A DNA stretch of 64,000 bases from Macrostomum hystrix (lineage: Eukaryota; Animalia; Platyhelminthes): the NCBI GenBank assembly GCA_950097015.1, contig CATNEN010000039.1, positions 868,001 through 932,000 of the forward strand, written 5' to 3'. The translations under genes and the position numbers were made by a program. This document shows positions 61,110-64,000 of this stretch, piece after piece. Every line of letters begins with the position of its first letter. Within the stretch, counting starts at the first letter, position 1. The notes beneath the pieces were generated by a model, which saw only the letters and a program-made list of their open reading frames with translations, was not told the origin of the DNA and did not search any database.

Positions 61110-62303
61110 TTAAGAGAAATAGCACTCGTTAGGCAGTCTTTCGTTGCGGGGCCAACCGACTGTGCTCGCCATCCACCTCAACTCAATGTTGAGGGGGATG
61201 CGATTCACCGGTAAGGGGCTGCGGTTAATTACCTTCCGAGCATAATGCACGGCCCTCTTCCAGGCGGTAATGCAGTATCCTCTGGCGAATTTGTCGCACA
61301 GTACCCGCATAGCAGAATAAATTGCGGCGCGCTGTGGGTACCGCCGGTCATTATTGTACAACCCGGCGTCCAAGACATATCCTTTCATGTGACGAATTAG
61401 CCGCGTGTAGTGTTCCTGTTGGGCCTTCGGAATTTCAGCCATCGCTCGGGCGAATTCTTCTTGGCTCTCCGCCGGCTCCATTTCGATGTCTTCTTCCATA
61501 TCCGAGTTCGGCTGCGGCTGAGGCGACTGCTGGAACTGCCGCTCTTGCTGCAACGGCTGCTGCTGCTGCGGCGGCTGCGGCTGCGGCTGCTGCGATTGCT
61601 GCGGCTGTGGCTGTTTCCGTGATGGCTGTGGCGGTGGCTGTGGCTGCGGCTGCTGTTGCGGCGGCCGATGCTGCTGCTGCTGCGACGACTGTGGCTGCGA
61701 TGACTGCGGCTGTTGCTGAAAGTCCGTCCGGTACTGGTACTGGATCGGTACCTTGTTAGCCTTTGGCGCTATATGCCGTCCCTTAGGCGGTGGCCGCGGT
61801 TGAGAGCTCGGCTTCGGCGCTATCCATCGTTGTCCGGCAGCACGCCGACCTGGTTCCTGGCTTGGAGCTTCAATTGCCTTGGTGACCCTGGCGGCTTCAG
61901 ATGTCTTAGCTTGAACAGCTTCCAATGCTGCCACCGGTGCTATCGACTGCTGCCGGAGCAGATTCAACCGCGTGGTGGCGTCGAGGTACACCGGTAGCCT
62001 AGAGCTCGGCAATCTCTTCTTGTTCGCGATCTCATCTTGCATAGTGGTGGCGGCTCGCTTTTGGGTGTTCACTCTCGGTTGTTGACCGACCATGGATGGC
62101 TGCGTTCTTTGCCGTAGTGGCGCCTCGAGTCCTTCTGGTTCGTCAATTATTGCTTGGATGATATCGTCTTCGCCATTTCCGGCTCCGTTCTCTTGCTCTA
62201 CTCTGTCTGGCTCAATGTTCTCATTATCCGAGAAATCCACTGTAACTGCTTCTAGCAACTTCTCAAATTCGCTTGCGCTTATGGCTTCTTGATCTTGCTC
62301 CAT
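61110..62303 (-). CDS. Accessory ORF (397 aa) downstream of Gypsy pol; acidic N-terminus, Q/P-rich linker, globular C-terminus
   Basis: Intact, intronless ATG-initiated ORF starting 263 bp after the pol stop. No signal peptide or TM segment evident. Confidence 0.75.
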   Translation of the reverse strand: MEQDQEAISASEFEKLLEAVTVDFSDNENIEPDRVEQENGAGNGEDDIIQAIIDEPEGLEAPLRQRTQPSMVGQQPRVNTQKRAATTMQDEIANKKRLPSSRLPVYLDATTRLNLLRQQSIAPVAALEAVQAKTSEAARVTKAIEAPSQEPGRRAAGQRWIAPKPSSQPRPPPKGRHIAPKANKVPIQYQYRTDFQQQPQSSQPQSSQQQQHRPPQQQPQPQPPPQPSRKQPQPQQSQQPQPQPPQQQQPLQQERQFQQSPQPQPNSDMEEDIEMEPAESQEEFARAMAEIPKAQQEHYTRLIRHMKGYVLDAGLYNNDRRYPQRAAIYSAMRVLCDKFARGYCITAWKRAVHYARKVINRSPLPVNRIPLNIELRWMASTVGWPRNERLPNECYFS

Positions 62304-62366
62304 TCTTCTTTGTCAGTATGACTTCTTCTCTCTGCTTATGTTTGTTTTGTGTTCCCAGGGCTCTGG

Positions 62367-62447
62367 TTTATATAGGCGCGAAACTGACACTCTTCATTGT
62401 GTCTCAGATTTCATTGGGCTATACTGGCTTATTTCTAATCCTATTGG
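62367..62447 (-). promoter_or_regulatory. Putative internal Pol II promoter for the accessory ORF
   Basis: TATATAAA at 62374-62367, with CCAAT boxes at 62417-62413 and 62447-62443. Confidence 0.55.
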
Positions 62448-62566
62448 TTCCCTACTTGATTTCAATTAACCCCTACCTAATTGACTGGAAGTGGCTAACC
62501 CCTGCTCCCTTTCTATCCCTTGCACGTGGTTTCCTTGTGTTACTATTGCGTCACCCCAATCTCTGC

Positions 62567-64000
62567 CTAGATCTGTATATTCCCAAGTATACTGAACACG
62601 GTGGCAAGCCTCTGCAAATAGCCTTCAAACCTCGCGGGGGGTCTGATTTGTCTGCGCGGACGGCTTGTCACTCCTTCCCTTTCTTCATTCTGTGCAATGT
62701 ACATGCCTCCTTCTGAGGTGGCTGTTGCCAGACCCTCAGCTGTCCCTTCGCTTTCGCTCTCCTCTTCACTGCTCGTAGCCTCAGGCTCGGTGTGTGATTC
62801 ATCCTCCACGTCTATCTCAGCTCCTAACTCCAAATCTTCTCCATTAATTTCACTTGGATTCCTCCTAAAGTGGCATTGCCATTCTAATCTGTCTTCTTCC
62901 TCTTCGGATTCAACTTCATCTGTTAGAACAGATCTTCCCTTCTCCTTCGGCTGGCTTCCCCTAACTTTGACCTCTGTCTTCTTAGCTTTCTTCTCTGGTG
63001 CGGCCTGGCTTCCCCTAATTAATTCCTCTTGGGTCGAATTAGGCACAATAGTTATGTTGTCTCTGTGGACAATCATGACATTGCCCACTAGTTGTCCTTG
63101 CTCCTCCTTTTGCACACGAAACACTACATCTGAGATTTGCTCTATTACTCTGAAGGCTGATCTCTTTTTCCTATGAAATTTGTGAGATTCCTCACTGTCC
63201 AACTGTGGATTATTAATCAACACAAGACTTCCAACTGGGACTGTCTTAGGCAATTTGCTGTTTTTCGCAGACTCTTGTCTGTTACTGACAACCTTCTCCA
63301 ATTTTCTTTTGACAATGTCTCTCGCAATCTTCAATCGTTCGGCATGTTCTGTCACATAAGATGGATAACTGGCGAATGACTTTGGTTGGCTGATTTGACT
63401 GTCCATAGGCAATACTGCTTCCCGTCCAAATAACAGGTAGTGGGGAGTAAAGCCTGTGGTTTTGTTTACACTAGTGCGGACAGCAACTAATGCAGCTGGG
63501 ATCATAAGGTCCCAATCACTGTGATCTTTCTCAATGAGACAGGTTACTATTGATTTAATTTGCTTGTTAAATCTCTCCACCAATCCATTGCTTTGGGCAT
63601 GGTAGGGTGTTGTAAACGTATGCTTCACGTTGTACATTTCGCAAAAAGCTTTGAACTGCTTGCTAGCGAATGCCTTGCCATTGTCTGTGTGTAACCACTG
63701 ACATTGCCCATACTCTGCGAAGATTCTTTCCTGTAAGATTTTGATCACAGTATCTGACTTTTGATTTCTAGTTGGGAATGCAAACGGATATCGAGTGGTG
63801 CTATCCACAATAGTTAGGACATACTTGTGCCCTCTTTTGCTCTCTTTGGATAGTGGTCCTATAAAATCGACATGCAGGCGATGGAAAGGTTCACTGATAG
63901 GGAACGATTGCACTGGCGCCTGTATCGGATTTCCTCTTTTGCTTTCCAAGCACGGAATACACTCTGCGATATGGGCTTCGACTGCTTTGACCAATCCTGG
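62567..64000 (-). mobile_element. pol: Ty3/Gypsy pol C-terminus (integrase), truncated by the window edge
   Basis: CIPC zinc-finger half, PFHRLHVDFIGP, LHTDNG, YHAQSNGLVERFN and TTGFTPHYLLFGR. Confidence 0.95.

Overview
Eukaryotic, intron-containing animal DNA. GC-rich exons, a different minisatellite in many introns and spacers, and splice acceptors just upstream of start codons suggest a trans-splicing flatworm such as Macrostomum (inference, not proven). Left (1-20.9 kb): exons of a low-complexity putative DNA-binding protein gene (-), CpG-poor AT-rich DNA, a young Gypsy LTR element (8342-13260) inserted in an older LTR element, a Ulp1/PHD transposon relic and two MITEs. Middle (21-42 kb): six consecutive + strand genes (POLL, SLX9/FAM207A-like, LYAR, a coiled-coil gene, AP5S1, PP2A-A) arranged like an SL-trans-spliced operon. 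Two of them appear to need the leader's AUG, and one spacer holds a ~300-nt structured-RNA candidate. Right (43.7-57.2 kb): multi-exon GNPTAB (-). One of its introns holds a complete same-strand WSC+PAN secreted-protein gene enclosed by ~80-bp inverted repeats. The window ends in a Gypsy integrase followed by an extra non-env ORF with its own promoter. All homology calls are from recalled motifs, not database searches.
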